Part shown: positions 36,887-45,358 of the stretch, one piece after another
Numbering within the stretch: position 1 is the first letter of the stretch
Layout: the number at the start of each line of letters is the position of its first letter
UHGV virus genome: UHGV-1366919
Strand: one strand, 5' to 3'
Length of the DNA stretch: 64,000 bases
Source: a virus
Made by a program: the position numbers and the translations under genes
Notes under the pieces: model-generated
The model's input: the letters and a program-made list of their open reading frames with translations, nothing else
The model's database searches: none
What the model was told of the DNA's origin: nothing

Positions 36887-38824
36887 TTAGAACCAGTTAG
36901 GTAAATCTCTGACACCAAATTGGTCAAAGCTATTCGGAAGGGTAATCTGGTTTCGATATTCATCTAAACTAAGGGTTTCTCCAAAATCTAAAAGATTCAT
37001 TTGCTTTTTTTGTTTAAAATCATTACTTGATGTAATGGTATTAATTTGACCTCTGCTAAATCCAGCCATCACTCCGATAAATGGAGATTCCATATCCAAC
37101 TCTTTATAAAGAGTATTAGCCCAATCAGTCCTGGGATCCATTTCCCATCGTTTTTTAATAACAAGAGGAATATTATTGACGTCTTTTTTATCAACAATAA
37201 GATAATTGTTAATTACTTTCTTATAAAGAGCAAAAAGACTCCAACATAAAGCCAAAACATGGTCATCATGGAATCCTGGTTGAGCACACCATCGAATATT
37301 ATTACTTTGATTACGAATGCAAGTAAATGTTCTTAATTCTTCAATAGTTTTTTTATCATAAATTTTGACAACTCGACGGTCATGAATATAATATTTCATA
37401 TTATGAACGCCTTCGCTTTTTGTCACTCTATTAGTAATAATACCCGGGAGAACTTTTCGCCCTGGGGTTTGCGGCCCGTATCCTGAACCGAAATTAATAA
37501 ATCTCGGATAATTATTTTCATAGAACAGCTTTTCACAAACATGGGCCCCAGGGCCGTTTCGTTCAACTGACATAATAGGAGAATACCACTGTTTTGCAAT
37601 TTCCAAGACTTTAGCCGCAAAAGTAGTAATATCCATTGTATTAGTTGAATATCTGGCGACCTGCTCAATATTCAGGGGGTCAGTAATATCAAAAATTTGA
37701 ATAACTGAATAGTCTTGTCCTACGCCTTCAGAAGTATCAACTCCCATGGTATAGATTTTTTCGGAATCAGGTTTTTTCCAAATATAATAATTTCCATCTT
37801 CTAATATGTTTAATGGTTCAATTAATTCTTTTGTGAACTTATCAAACATGTTAGGATCAAATGGAGAGCCCGAATTATTAAGAAACCTACATTCATATTC
37901 TTGAGTAAATGTATCATAGCTCATTGTGCTCAATTCAGCATCTTTCCAAGCTTCTGTTCTGCCAGGGAAATCAAACCAAAAAGCTTTCTCTAACGCAAAA
38001 TCGTTTCTTCCTTCTTCCGCCTTAGATACCAATTCATGAAATTTATTACCTACGCCCTTAGGAGTAGATGCCACAATAAGCTTTGCATTTTTATTATTAT
38101 TAAAACGAGAAGCAAGAGTAGGAGTAACAGCAGCCCAGAAAGCTTCAGCATCTTTAGGAGGAATAATAGCAAACTCGTCAAGAAGAAGAACATCAATAGC
38201 TAAACCACGAATAGCATCAGGTGAAGTAGCTGATGTTAAGATACGAGAACCATTCGCTAATGTAAAGAATGTTTTATTAAATTCAAGAACACCGCCCTTA
38301 ATCCAGTTTTCCATCATTTGGAAAGCCAGACGAACACGCATAAAAATTTCGGTTGCTGTTGACTGTTTGTTAGCGACAATACATACAGTTTGGTCAGGAT
38401 GAAATACTGCAACCCATGTAGCAACGATAGTCATTAAGGTCGTATTATGGGAAAGAATACCGTTGGCATAATATAAATGATTTGAATCTTTAGCTAATTC
38501 AAAATCATACATATTTTCCCATTCAGATGTTGCAATTACATCAACAACTTTATCTCCTCCATAATTAGTTGCAATATCTTCGCCAAGTGAATCTTTAGCA
38601 AAGACTTGCTCATCTTTCATAGTAATTAAAATATGATTATCGGCACATTCGAGAATATTACCTGTCTTGAATTTAATAATATATTTTTGATAAGGGACAG
38701 TTTTATTAATAGTTTTAATATCTGTCCATCCCTGATTTGAAGAAATTTGCCAATTTGAAGCATCAAGAACTTCTTCAAATTTTCTAAAAATTGTTTTAGA
38801 TAAATCTTTAAATTTTTTAAGCAT
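36887..38824 (-). CDS. terL: large terminase subunit, C-terminal ORF (intein C-half + ATPase remainder + nuclease)
   Basis: After HN at residues 126-127, TTLMTIVATWVAVF...DAIRGLAIDVLLLDEFAIIPP aligns with T4 gp17 TTVVAIFLAHFVCF...[20 protein letters not shown]. Confidence 0.8.
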   Translation of the reverse strand: MLKKFKDLSKTIFRKFEEVLDASNWQISSNQGWTDIKTINKTVPYQKYIIKFKTGNILECADNHILITMKDEQVFAKDSLGEDIATNYGGDKVVDVIATSEWENMYDFELAKDSNHLYYANGILSHNTTLMTIVATWVAVFHPDQTVCIVANKQSTATEIFMRVRLAFQMMENWIKGGVLEFNKTFFTLANGSRILTSATSPDAIRGLAIDVLLLDEFAIIPPKDAEAFWAAVTPTLASRFNNNKNAKLIVASTPKGVGNKFHELVSKAEEGRNDFALEKAFWFDFPGRTEAWKDAELSTMSYDTFTQEYECRFLNNSGSPFDPNMFDKFTKELIEPLNILEDGNYYIWKKPDSEKIYTMGVDTSEGVGQDYSVIQIFDITDPLNIEQVARYSTNTMDITTFAAKVLEIAKQWYSPIMSVERNGPGAHVCEKLFYENNYPRFINFGSGYGPQTPGRKVLPGIITNRVTKSEGVHNMKYYIHDRRVVKIYDKKTIEELRTFTCIRNQSNNIRWCAQPGFHDDHVLALCWSLFALYKKVINNYLIVDKKDVNNIPLVIKKRWEMDPRTDWANTLYKELDMESPFIGVMAGFSRGQINTITSSNDFKQKKQMNLLDFGETLSLDEYRNQITLPNSFDQFGVRDLPNWF

Positions 38825-38963
38825 TTTTAAAGGTAATTTTGTTAATAAACTTTTTAAGCTTATTTTGAATTTTAATTAATTTAAAAAAGATTCCAACGTT
38901 AATCTTAAAGGATAAATTTAAAGGCTTATAGCGCACGCAAATTGGCACACTTGGAGAAAGACA
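38444..38963 (-). other. mini-intein inserted in terminase Walker-A (GK|C...HN|TT), disrupted by a 1-nt frameshift in an A5 run near 38822-38830
   Basis: Block A-like CLSPSVPICV directly after SRQWGK. Block B GNILECADNHILIT. Blocks F/G MYDFELAKDSNHLYYANGILSHN followed by Thr. Extein resumes in register with T4 gp17. Confidence 0.7.
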
Positions 38964-39272
38964 TTTGCCCCACTGACGAGAGCTTATAAGCAGTGTCTTC
39001 TTATTGCGCTGAATTGTTTTTAAGATTTTTTTCTGTTTTTCAAAAAGGGTAATATGTTCTTTTTGACCGCTTAACGCAGAAATAATATAAAAGTGATTTT
39101 CAGCAAAATAGATAATATCTTTCTTACACCGGGCAATCTCTTTAATCATCGCCGGAGTATAGGTATAAGTTGTAGTATTCTTAGGTAAATTAGGATTATT
39201 AAGATAATATTCCTCATTTGCTACTACTTCTTCACCCCTGAAATCAATGATCTTTGTAGCTTTTTTAGGCAT
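38817..39272 (-). CDS. terL: large terminase subunit, N-terminal ORF ending inside intein
   Basis: CKKDIIYFAENHFYI...TLLISSRQWGKC aligns with T4 gp17 CRDDIVYFAETYCAI...CNLSRQLGKTT. Stop codon overlaps the ATG of the next ORF in another frame. Confidence 0.75.
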   Translation of the reverse strand: MPKKATKIIDFRGEEVVANEEYYLNNPNLPKNTTTYTYTPAMIKEIARCKKDIIYFAENHFYIISALSGQKEHITLFEKQKKILKTIQRNKKTLLISSRQWGKCLSPSVPICVRYKPLNLSFKINVGIFFKLIKIQNKLKKFINKITFKNA

Positions 39273-39275
39273 AAC

Positions 39276-39875
39276 TTACAGAATTTTATTGATGAAAGAA
39301 TCAGGATGAATCAAAGTATTAGTAACACTCATAATCAATAATTCTTTAAAAGTACTATTGATAATAGTATAAAGATATTCATCCATAGAATGAGCATTAT
39401 CAACAATAATCAAATCATAGGTTTGTCCTCTTAGAGCAAATTCTGCAGAGTTCATTGATTTAAACCTAATAAGAGAATTATTACCGAAATAAAATTCAGA
39501 TTTATTGTAATCACGAACACAACCTATAATTTCATTGTTAAGTTCATTTAATGTATCAAGAGCAATACCCAATTCATTAATCATTAAATCAGCCATTTTC
39601 CTATTCTCGGTAATGAATAAAATTCTGGAATTTGGATTATAATAAGCCTGGGCAAGAGCAAGGGCGATACAAGTTACTGATTTATTAGACTTTCGATTAT
39701 CAGAAGATAATAATAATTTTAAACGTTTTTTATTAGACCGCTTAAGAACTTCCATAGTGAATAAAGAAGATTCAAATGGAATTGCCCGTTCTTTAGAATT
39801 AATCACAAAAATTTCATTTTCATTTAAGGCATCTTCTAAAGCTTTGATGATATTTTCATTATTAAACATATACAA
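39276..39875 (-). CDS. hypothetical protein upstream of terminase (possible small-terminase position)
   Basis: 199 aa. Occupies the position of a small terminase gene but has no similarity to T4 gp16 that I can see. Confidence 0.35.
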   Translation of the reverse strand: MYMFNNENIIKALEDALNENEIFVINSKERAIPFESSLFTMEVLKRSNKKRLKLLLSSDNRKSNKSVTCIALALAQAYYNPNSRILFITENRKMADLMINELGIALDTLNELNNEIIGCVRDYNKSEFYFGNNSLIRFKSMNSAEFALRGQTYDLIIVDNAHSMDEYLYTIINSTFKELLIMSVTNTLIHPDSFINKIL

Positions 39876-39923
39876 TTAATTAAAGCCCTGGAACTGATTT
39901 AATTCCTTTAAATATTAAACATA

Positions 39924-41486
39924 ATGATGAAAAGCTCTAATATTGGAGATATAGCTGAAGAAATTTTCGCTGAAAGTTATGGTACAGTTGGTAATTTAGT
40001 ACCCGAAGAACCAATTACTAAGAAAATTCCTTGTCCTGAAAAGACTAAAAATAAAGTAAAAATTCCGCCTCGTTTCAAAGGTTCTCCTTTCGATTCTTCT
40101 GTTGAAAAGGATTACTATAAAAATGAAACAAATTGTTTTGATGAAGACGAAGAAGACTTTGAAACAGACGATCAGGAAATTCAAGATATTATTCTTCAGC
40201 AATATGAAGGTATTGGTCCTAGGACTAATGGAATGGCATTATCTGATATTCTCGGTTATTTCTCCGTTTCTGATGGAGTTTATCCTAAGAATGAAGTCAT
40301 GCGGGTTCTGCAAGATATGATTAATAAAAATATTCTTGAAATTGATCCTATCACCAAAAAGATCTTTAAATCTTTAGAAGAAGATGAAGAGGATGAATTT
40401 ATTACTCCTGAAGAAATTACTGATGAAGAAAAAGGAAATGATTTAATTGATTCTGTTATCGATTATTTTGAACAATCTACTTCCGGTTCTATAGGAGGTA
40501 TTAATCTTTCTCAAATCTTAAAGGACGTAACTTCTAATACCGGCGCTTCCCGAGCTGAAGTAGTTCAGGCTATCAAAGACCTGCTTCAAAGTAATATTCT
40601 TAAAAAGGGTGTTACTGAAGGTACCATCATTTTAAATTCTACTTCCAAAACAGATGAAGTAGAAGAAGATGCAGAAGGACCTATTCCAGTTATTAATCAA
40701 GAAACCCCCGAAACGCTTCGAGCTAAAGGCTGGACAGAAACAGCACCTGGTATTTTTGTTGGCCCTGACGGCGTTCAAAAATATGCTTTAACTGGAGAAT
40801 CATATAATACTAAGCTAAATAAACATATGAGTAATTTTAACGATGATAATTTCAGCAAGTTATGCGAAGAATTTGAAAAAGAATTCGATAATGTGGATGT
40901 GAGTCTTGACGATTCTACTGAAGGCCTTGATGAATTTGCTGATGAAACTGAAGTATCTGATGAAGAAGGCGAAACTGTGACCATGGAAATTCCTCGTCAC
41001 CTGGTTGATGCTATTACAGAACTTGCAGCTATTTTTAGTGGTTCTGAAGATGAACCTGTCGATGATCTCGCTACCGATGAAGAAGCTACGATCGACCTTA
41101 TGGACGGAGACGGCGATGAAGCCGAAGTTTCTGTTGAAGAAACTGATGAAGATGAAGAAGGTTGCGAAGATGATGAAGAATTCAACTTTGACGAAGACGA
41201 AGAAACCATTGCTGATACGGCTGGTTCTATCTTTGATGCTTCTTTTGGACCTAATGAAGGCGGAGCTTCTGTAACCAAGGCTTCTACTACTCTTCCGGAA
41301 AAACGCCGTAAGCCGATTGAAGGAGCTTATAAGCCCAATGCCGGCGGACAAGCTTATGATGCTTCTACCCGCAATGGCGGTGCTTCTGTGACTAAGGCTA
41401 CTCCTGCTTTTGATAAGTCTGGAAAGCCAGTTGCTTCTAAGGTAAGTCAGAAAGCCAAATCTAAGAATTCTATTTTTGATTTGTAA
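39924..41486 (+). CDS. highly acidic low-complexity protein (possible scaffold/internal head protein)
   Basis: 520 aa. Long D/E runs. Tandem ...GGASVTKA(S/T)... near the C-terminus. Confidence 0.4.
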   Translation: MMKSSNIGDIAEEIFAESYGTVGNLVPEEPITKKIPCPEKTKNKVKIPPRFKGSPFDSSVEKDYYKNETNCFDEDEEDFETDDQEIQDIILQQYEGIGPRTNGMALSDILGYFSVSDGVYPKNEVMRVLQDMINKNILEIDPITKKIFKSLEEDEEDEFITPEEITDEEKGNDLIDSVIDYFEQSTSGSIGGINLSQILKDVTSNTGASRAEVVQAIKDLLQSNILKKGVTEGTIILNSTSKTDEVEEDAEGPIPVINQETPETLRAKGWTETAPGIFVGPDGVQKYALTGESYNTKLNKHMSNFNDDNFSKLCEEFEKEFDNVDVSLDDSTEGLDEFADETEVSDEEGETVTMEIPRHLVDAITELAAIFSGSEDEPVDDLATDEEATIDLMDGDGDEAEVSVEETDEDEEGCEDDEEFNFDEDEETIADTAGSIFDASFGPNEGGASVTKASTTLPEKRRKPIEGAYKPNAGGQAYDASTRNGGASVTKATPAFDKSGKPVASKVSQKAKSKNSIFDL

Positions 41487-41504
41487 TTTAAAAATAAAAT
41501 TAAA

Positions 41505-41541
41505 AAGGGAGTAAGGATGTTTATCCTTACTCCCTTTTTAA
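41505..41541 (+). terminator. intrinsic terminator
   Basis: gggagtaagga/tccttactccc 11-bp stem followed by ttttta. Confidence 0.6.
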
Positions 41542-41542
41542 T

Positions 41543-41591
41543 AATTTGATTGCATAAACATGCACTTTTTATATGTTTATGCAATCAAATT
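41543..41591. repeat. perfect 19-bp inverted repeat (aatttgattgcataaacat / atgtttatgcaatcaaatt) with 11-nt loop
   Basis: Read directly. Lies between convergent genes next to the terminator above. Confidence 0.55.
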
Positions 41592-41597
41592 ATTTTA

Positions 41598-42206
41598 TTA
41601 ATTAATCCATCTAATTATTGGTTCATTTTTTATCTCCTTTTGCCACACATACATACAATAAGCAGCCGCACCACTATTTTTAAAATTATCGGTTCCTTTA
41701 CCGCAACCTTGCCTGTTTACATATACATATACATATTTTGGTGGATATTTTTTAAAAAAATTATAACGTTTGGCTGATTCAAGAAAGGTGAGTTTCATAA
41801 ACATAATGACCAAACCATTATTTTTAACAGTTTTTATTGCTTTTTCTGTAATTTCAACTGCATATCTGTAAGGAGGATTTGTAAAAATACAATCAAATTG
41901 ATTATCCCATTTATTAGTTTTTAAAAAATCAATACCAGTTTCTTCCCCATATCCTCTGTCAATTAAATCAGAAGAATAAACTGAATATCCATTTTCTTTT
42001 AATATTTTGGATATCGAACCTATACCACAGCATGGTTCTAAAATATTATTAGGAATTATTAAATTAGTATTTTTAGCTGCTTTTAAAAATAATTTTATTG
42101 ATTCAGGATGAGTACAATAAAAATCATATTCTTCTACTTCAATCTCCTTTTTTCGATGATTTACTGAATAAAATCCTGAATTTCCGCCTGTCCAATCTTT
42201 AATCAT
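41598..42206 (-). CDS. DNA N6-adenine methyltransferase
   Basis: EPCCGIGS (SAM-binding motif I) and FTNPPY (motif IV). Confidence 0.65.
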   Translation of the reverse strand: MIKDWTGGNSGFYSVNHRKKEIEVEEYDFYCTHPESIKLFLKAAKNTNLIIPNNILEPCCGIGSISKILKENGYSVYSSDLIDRGYGEETGIDFLKTNKWDNQFDCIFTNPPYRYAVEITEKAIKTVKNNGLVIMFMKLTFLESAKRYNFFKKYPPKYVYVYVNRQGCGKGTDNFKNSGAAAYCMYVWQKEIKNEPIIRWIN

Positions 42207-42228
42207 AAATGTATTTTAAATAATTTTT

Positions 42229-42711
42229 ATGAAATTATATGAAGTAAAAAAATTATCTTTAAAAGTATTAAAAGAATATGCTTCTAATGATGCTATTTTT
42301 ACTTCTATTTCTGGTAAAAAAGGAATAAAAGGTTCTGGGAAAAAAGCCGATAATATTGCTTTAGGAACTACTCGGGCATATCAAGATAATACATATCTTA
42401 CAAAATATGAAAAACAATTGCCCCATTTATCTAAACTTACCCAACAATTAAAAATTGGAGAAAATTCTGGAGCGCTGGAAGTGATAGGGCCGGCATTGGA
42501 AGAACTTCTTGTTCTGATTAAAGCTACAAAGCCGCTAACTTCTTATAAAGGCTTAGGATGGAAATTACCTCTTGGCGACAATATCTATTTGACTCAATCT
42601 GGTAAACAATACTTTATAAAGTATAATGGGCCTAAAGAAAAAGATCCTAATAAAAATGATTTAACCTCTACTGAACATCATGACAAAGCCATACTGTCCT
42701 CTCCTGCCTAA
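42229..42711 (+). CDS. hypothetical protein
   Basis: 160 aa. Confidence 0.4.
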   Translation: MKLYEVKKLSLKVLKEYASNDAIFTSISGKKGIKGSGKKADNIALGTTRAYQDNTYLTKYEKQLPHLSKLTQQLKIGENSGALEVIGPALEELLVLIKATKPLTSYKGLGWKLPLGDNIYLTQSGKQYFIKYNGPKEKDPNKNDLTSTEHHDKAILSSPA

Positions 42712-43501
42712 AGATTTACCGGAAGGTTCTTTGGATGAATCATTACCTTGGATGGATGTATCTGATGCTTGTAATGATTATAATAATTTAGAAAATTTAG
42801 GCGGCCAGCAAGTAGTTGTTGATTCTGCCTGGAAGGATCTTATTAATTCTGCGGGAATGCCGATTTATTATTTTGTTTATAAATTTAATATAAAGCGTTC
42901 TGATAAAATTTGGGGTGAAGATATTCTTGCAGAATATGAAGAACCGTTTCAAATTAAAGCATATGTAGAAGTAAAAGATGTTCCTAAAATTTTAGGACCA
43001 ATGGGCGGCTTCTTCGCTGATGATACGATTACGGCTTATATTCATATTAAAACCTTTAATCGAAAGACTAAAGGAATGAAAGTTTTTGAAGATTTAAAAC
43101 TTAGATATGAGCCTAAACCCTCTGATTTGATTCAAATTATTGAATTCGGATGTGACAGGCCTGGAGGAAGAGGGGCTAAACTATTTGAGGTTACAAATAA
43201 AGAAGACGAGTTAATCTCTCAAAATTTGAATATGGGATTTGCCCATTATGTCTGGAAAATAACTGCGAAAAGATTTCAGTATAGTTATCAGGATGGCGCA
43301 ATTACTCCTTTCGGAGAAGAAAAGAATTGTCAAGTTTACGATAATCGCGTAGCGGGAATAATTGATACTCCAGAAGAAGTCAGAGATATGAATGCTCCTT
43401 CTGATAAGTCTTATGAATGGAATATTGATAAAAAATCCAAAGAAGAAATCTTTAATCAGAATGTAAATGACCAAACGGACATTTATGGTGGATATTATTA
43501 A
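42680..43501 (+). CDS. hypothetical protein
   Basis: 273 aa. Confidence 0.4.
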   Translation: MTKPYCPLLPKDLPEGSLDESLPWMDVSDACNDYNNLENLGGQQVVVDSAWKDLINSAGMPIYYFVYKFNIKRSDKIWGEDILAEYEEPFQIKAYVEVKDVPKILGPMGGFFADDTITAYIHIKTFNRKTKGMKVFEDLKLRYEPKPSDLIQIIEFGCDRPGGRGAKLFEVTNKEDELISQNLNMGFAHYVWKITAKRFQYSYQDGAITPFGEEKNCQVYDNRVAGIIDTPEEVRDMNAPSDKSYEWNIDKKSKEEIFNQNVNDQTDIYGGYY

Positions 43502-43506
43502 AATTA

Positions 43507-43541
43507 AAAAAGCTGAATCAAATTAATGATTCAGCTTTTTT
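43507..43541 (+). terminator. intrinsic terminator (member of a three-copy hairpin family)
   Basis: aaaagctgaatca...tgattcagctttttt. Embedded in the 3' end of the convergent HEG ORF. Confidence 0.5.
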
Positions 43542-44618
43542 AATCTCTTCTTGAATTAAAAGTTTTATTTGATCTTTATTTTTCTTCCATTTACTTTCCC
43601 AAATTTCTATCAATGTAATTCCCCTTTCAATACATTGATTTCTTTTATTTTCATGATAACCCAGATTTCGATCTTCGTGTAATTTATGCCAGTAATCTCC
43701 ATTATATTCAAAGGCTAATTTTAATTCGGGGAGATAAATATCAAGCTCTAATTGATTATCAAGTTGATTTCTAGAATTTTTTATAATTTTTCTTGAATAT
43801 ATCGAATTAATATATTCAAAAAGTTCTTTTTCACCTTTAGATCTTTTCGAAGCTTTTACACATTTAATACAGCCACTTCCATTTAAATGAATATATGCTC
43901 TTTGTCGAAAGACACCATGCCTTGGACAAATAATATTCACATAATCACGAGCACTTTTATAGATAACTAAGGAATAATTATATTTGTCTCCATGAACTTC
44001 TTGAGCTCTTTTAATAAATTCTTCAGTTGTTAAAAATTGCTTTTCTCTTTTACATTCTGGACATTCATTGCCTTGTAAATGTGACCCTGCATGTTGTCGA
44101 AATAATCCATGCTTAGGACATATTATTGTTATATGATTTTTTACGCCATTATAAATCACTTTAGAATAATCATAATAATTTCCATGCACTTTTTTAGCTT
44201 TTTCAATAAATTCTTCTCTTGATAAAAGATCTTTTATTTTAGCACAATAAGGACACCCACTTCCATTTAAATGGCTGCCAGCCATTTGTTCAAATTTATG
44301 CCCGCATTTATTACAAATAATCCAAATTTTTGATTTACAATTTACGTATATCGATATTGAATAATTATACTTATCACCATGAACTTTTCTTGCTTTTTCT
44401 ATAAATTTTTCTGTTGTTAACTGTGCCGTGGGAATACATTTAGGACATCCACATCCTCTTAAATGTTCTGATGCTTTTTGCCAAAAATATCCATGCTCAG
44501 GACAACCAATTTCTATTTTTGCAAGACTACTTTTATATTCAACTCTTGAATAATCATATTTGTCACCATGTATTTCTTTAGCCCTTTGTATAAATTCTTC
44601 AGTTGTTAGCTTTTTCAT
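43518..44618 (-). CDS. free-standing homing-endonuclease-like protein (paralog 4)
   Basis: 366 aa. Five repeat units (CPEHGYFWQ...HLRGCGCPKC etc.). C-terminal ELDIYLPELKLAFEYNGDYWH...GITLIEIW module. Confidence 0.65.
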   Translation of the reverse strand: MKKLTTEEFIQRAKEIHGDKYDYSRVEYKSSLAKIEIGCPEHGYFWQKASEHLRGCGCPKCIPTAQLTTEKFIEKARKVHGDKYNYSISIYVNCKSKIWIICNKCGHKFEQMAGSHLNGSGCPYCAKIKDLLSREEFIEKAKKVHGNYYDYSKVIYNGVKNHITIICPKHGLFRQHAGSHLQGNECPECKREKQFLTTEEFIKRAQEVHGDKYNYSLVIYKSARDYVNIICPRHGVFRQRAYIHLNGSGCIKCVKASKRSKGEKELFEYINSIYSRKIIKNSRNQLDNQLELDIYLPELKLAFEYNGDYWHKLHEDRNLGYHENKRNQCIERGITLIEIWESKWKKNKDQIKLLIQEEIKKAESLI

Positions 44619-44725
44619 AACTAAACTTTAATTTTATATAATAATTCTCAATTTTATTTGGTACTAAATTAATAGTAAGTGTATTAATGATTTTTATACA
44701 ATCTATACGCTAATAAATAATTACT

Positions 44726-45220
44726 ATGAAAAAGTTTAAAGTAAAAGAACTTAGATTTTCTAATTTACTCGTTGAAGATATAAATGTTCCCAAAAATCTT
44801 ATTGTTCGAATTAAGAATATTCCTAGATCTAAAAAGGCTTTACTTGAAGAAGTTGCTAAGAAAATTAGCGAAAAATATGGAAAAGATGTTAAACACTTTA
44901 TTCTTGAAGATTTAGAAATAGAAGGGCCAAAGAATTTTGCTAAAAATCCTACTATTACAAAGCGTCTTCAAAAACGTCGAAAAGTTTTGAAAAACTATAT
45001 TGATGAAATAGGTGAAGAAGATAGTCAATTAAGTTATGAAGTTACAAAAGCTATTATAAATGTTTTTGGTGAAAAATTTTTAGACAAATATAGTGTTAAT
45101 ATTCGCGATCAAATTGAAAAATTTAGTAAAAAATTGCGGGTCTTAAAACACTTGCTGATAGGCCAAAAGATGATCCTTATAAAAAGCGGTTGGATAACTG
45201 GAGGATTGGTTAACCTTTAA
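44726..45220 (+). CDS. hypothetical protein
   Basis: 164 aa, lysine-rich. Confidence 0.4.
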   Translation: MKKFKVKELRFSNLLVEDINVPKNLIVRIKNIPRSKKALLEEVAKKISEKYGKDVKHFILEDLEIEGPKNFAKNPTITKRLQKRRKVLKNYIDEIGEEDSQLSYEVTKAIINVFGEKFLDKYSVNIRDQIEKFSKKLRVLKHLLIGQKMILIKSGWITGGLVNL

Positions 45221-45221
45221 A

Positions 45222-45260
45222 AGAAAAAGCTAAGTCATTGATCTGACTTAGCTTTTTCTT
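45222..45260 (+). terminator. intrinsic terminator (hairpin family member)
   Basis: aaagctaagtca...tgacttagctttttc. Confidence 0.55.
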
Positions 45261-45289
45261 TAAATTCTTCTAATGTTAATTTTCTCATA

Positions 45290-45335
45290 TAAATTTTAAG
45301 GGTTTCCATAGAAAATATGGAAACCCTTAAAATTA
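45290..45335 (-). terminator. perfect 15-bp hairpin downstream of tail-sheath gene
   Basis: ttaagggtttccata gaaaa tatggaaacccttaa. Confidence 0.5.
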
Positions 45336-45358
45336 TTCGGTGTTAATTTAGTGCAGTA

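Noticed and set aside
39276-39875. Calling 39276..39875 the small terminase subunit
   Set aside because: Only positional logic supports it. There is no similarity to T4 gp16 that I can see, and its hydrophobic strand followed by D/E (DLIIVDNAHSMDE) is ATPase-like rather than TerS-like. Left as hypothetical.
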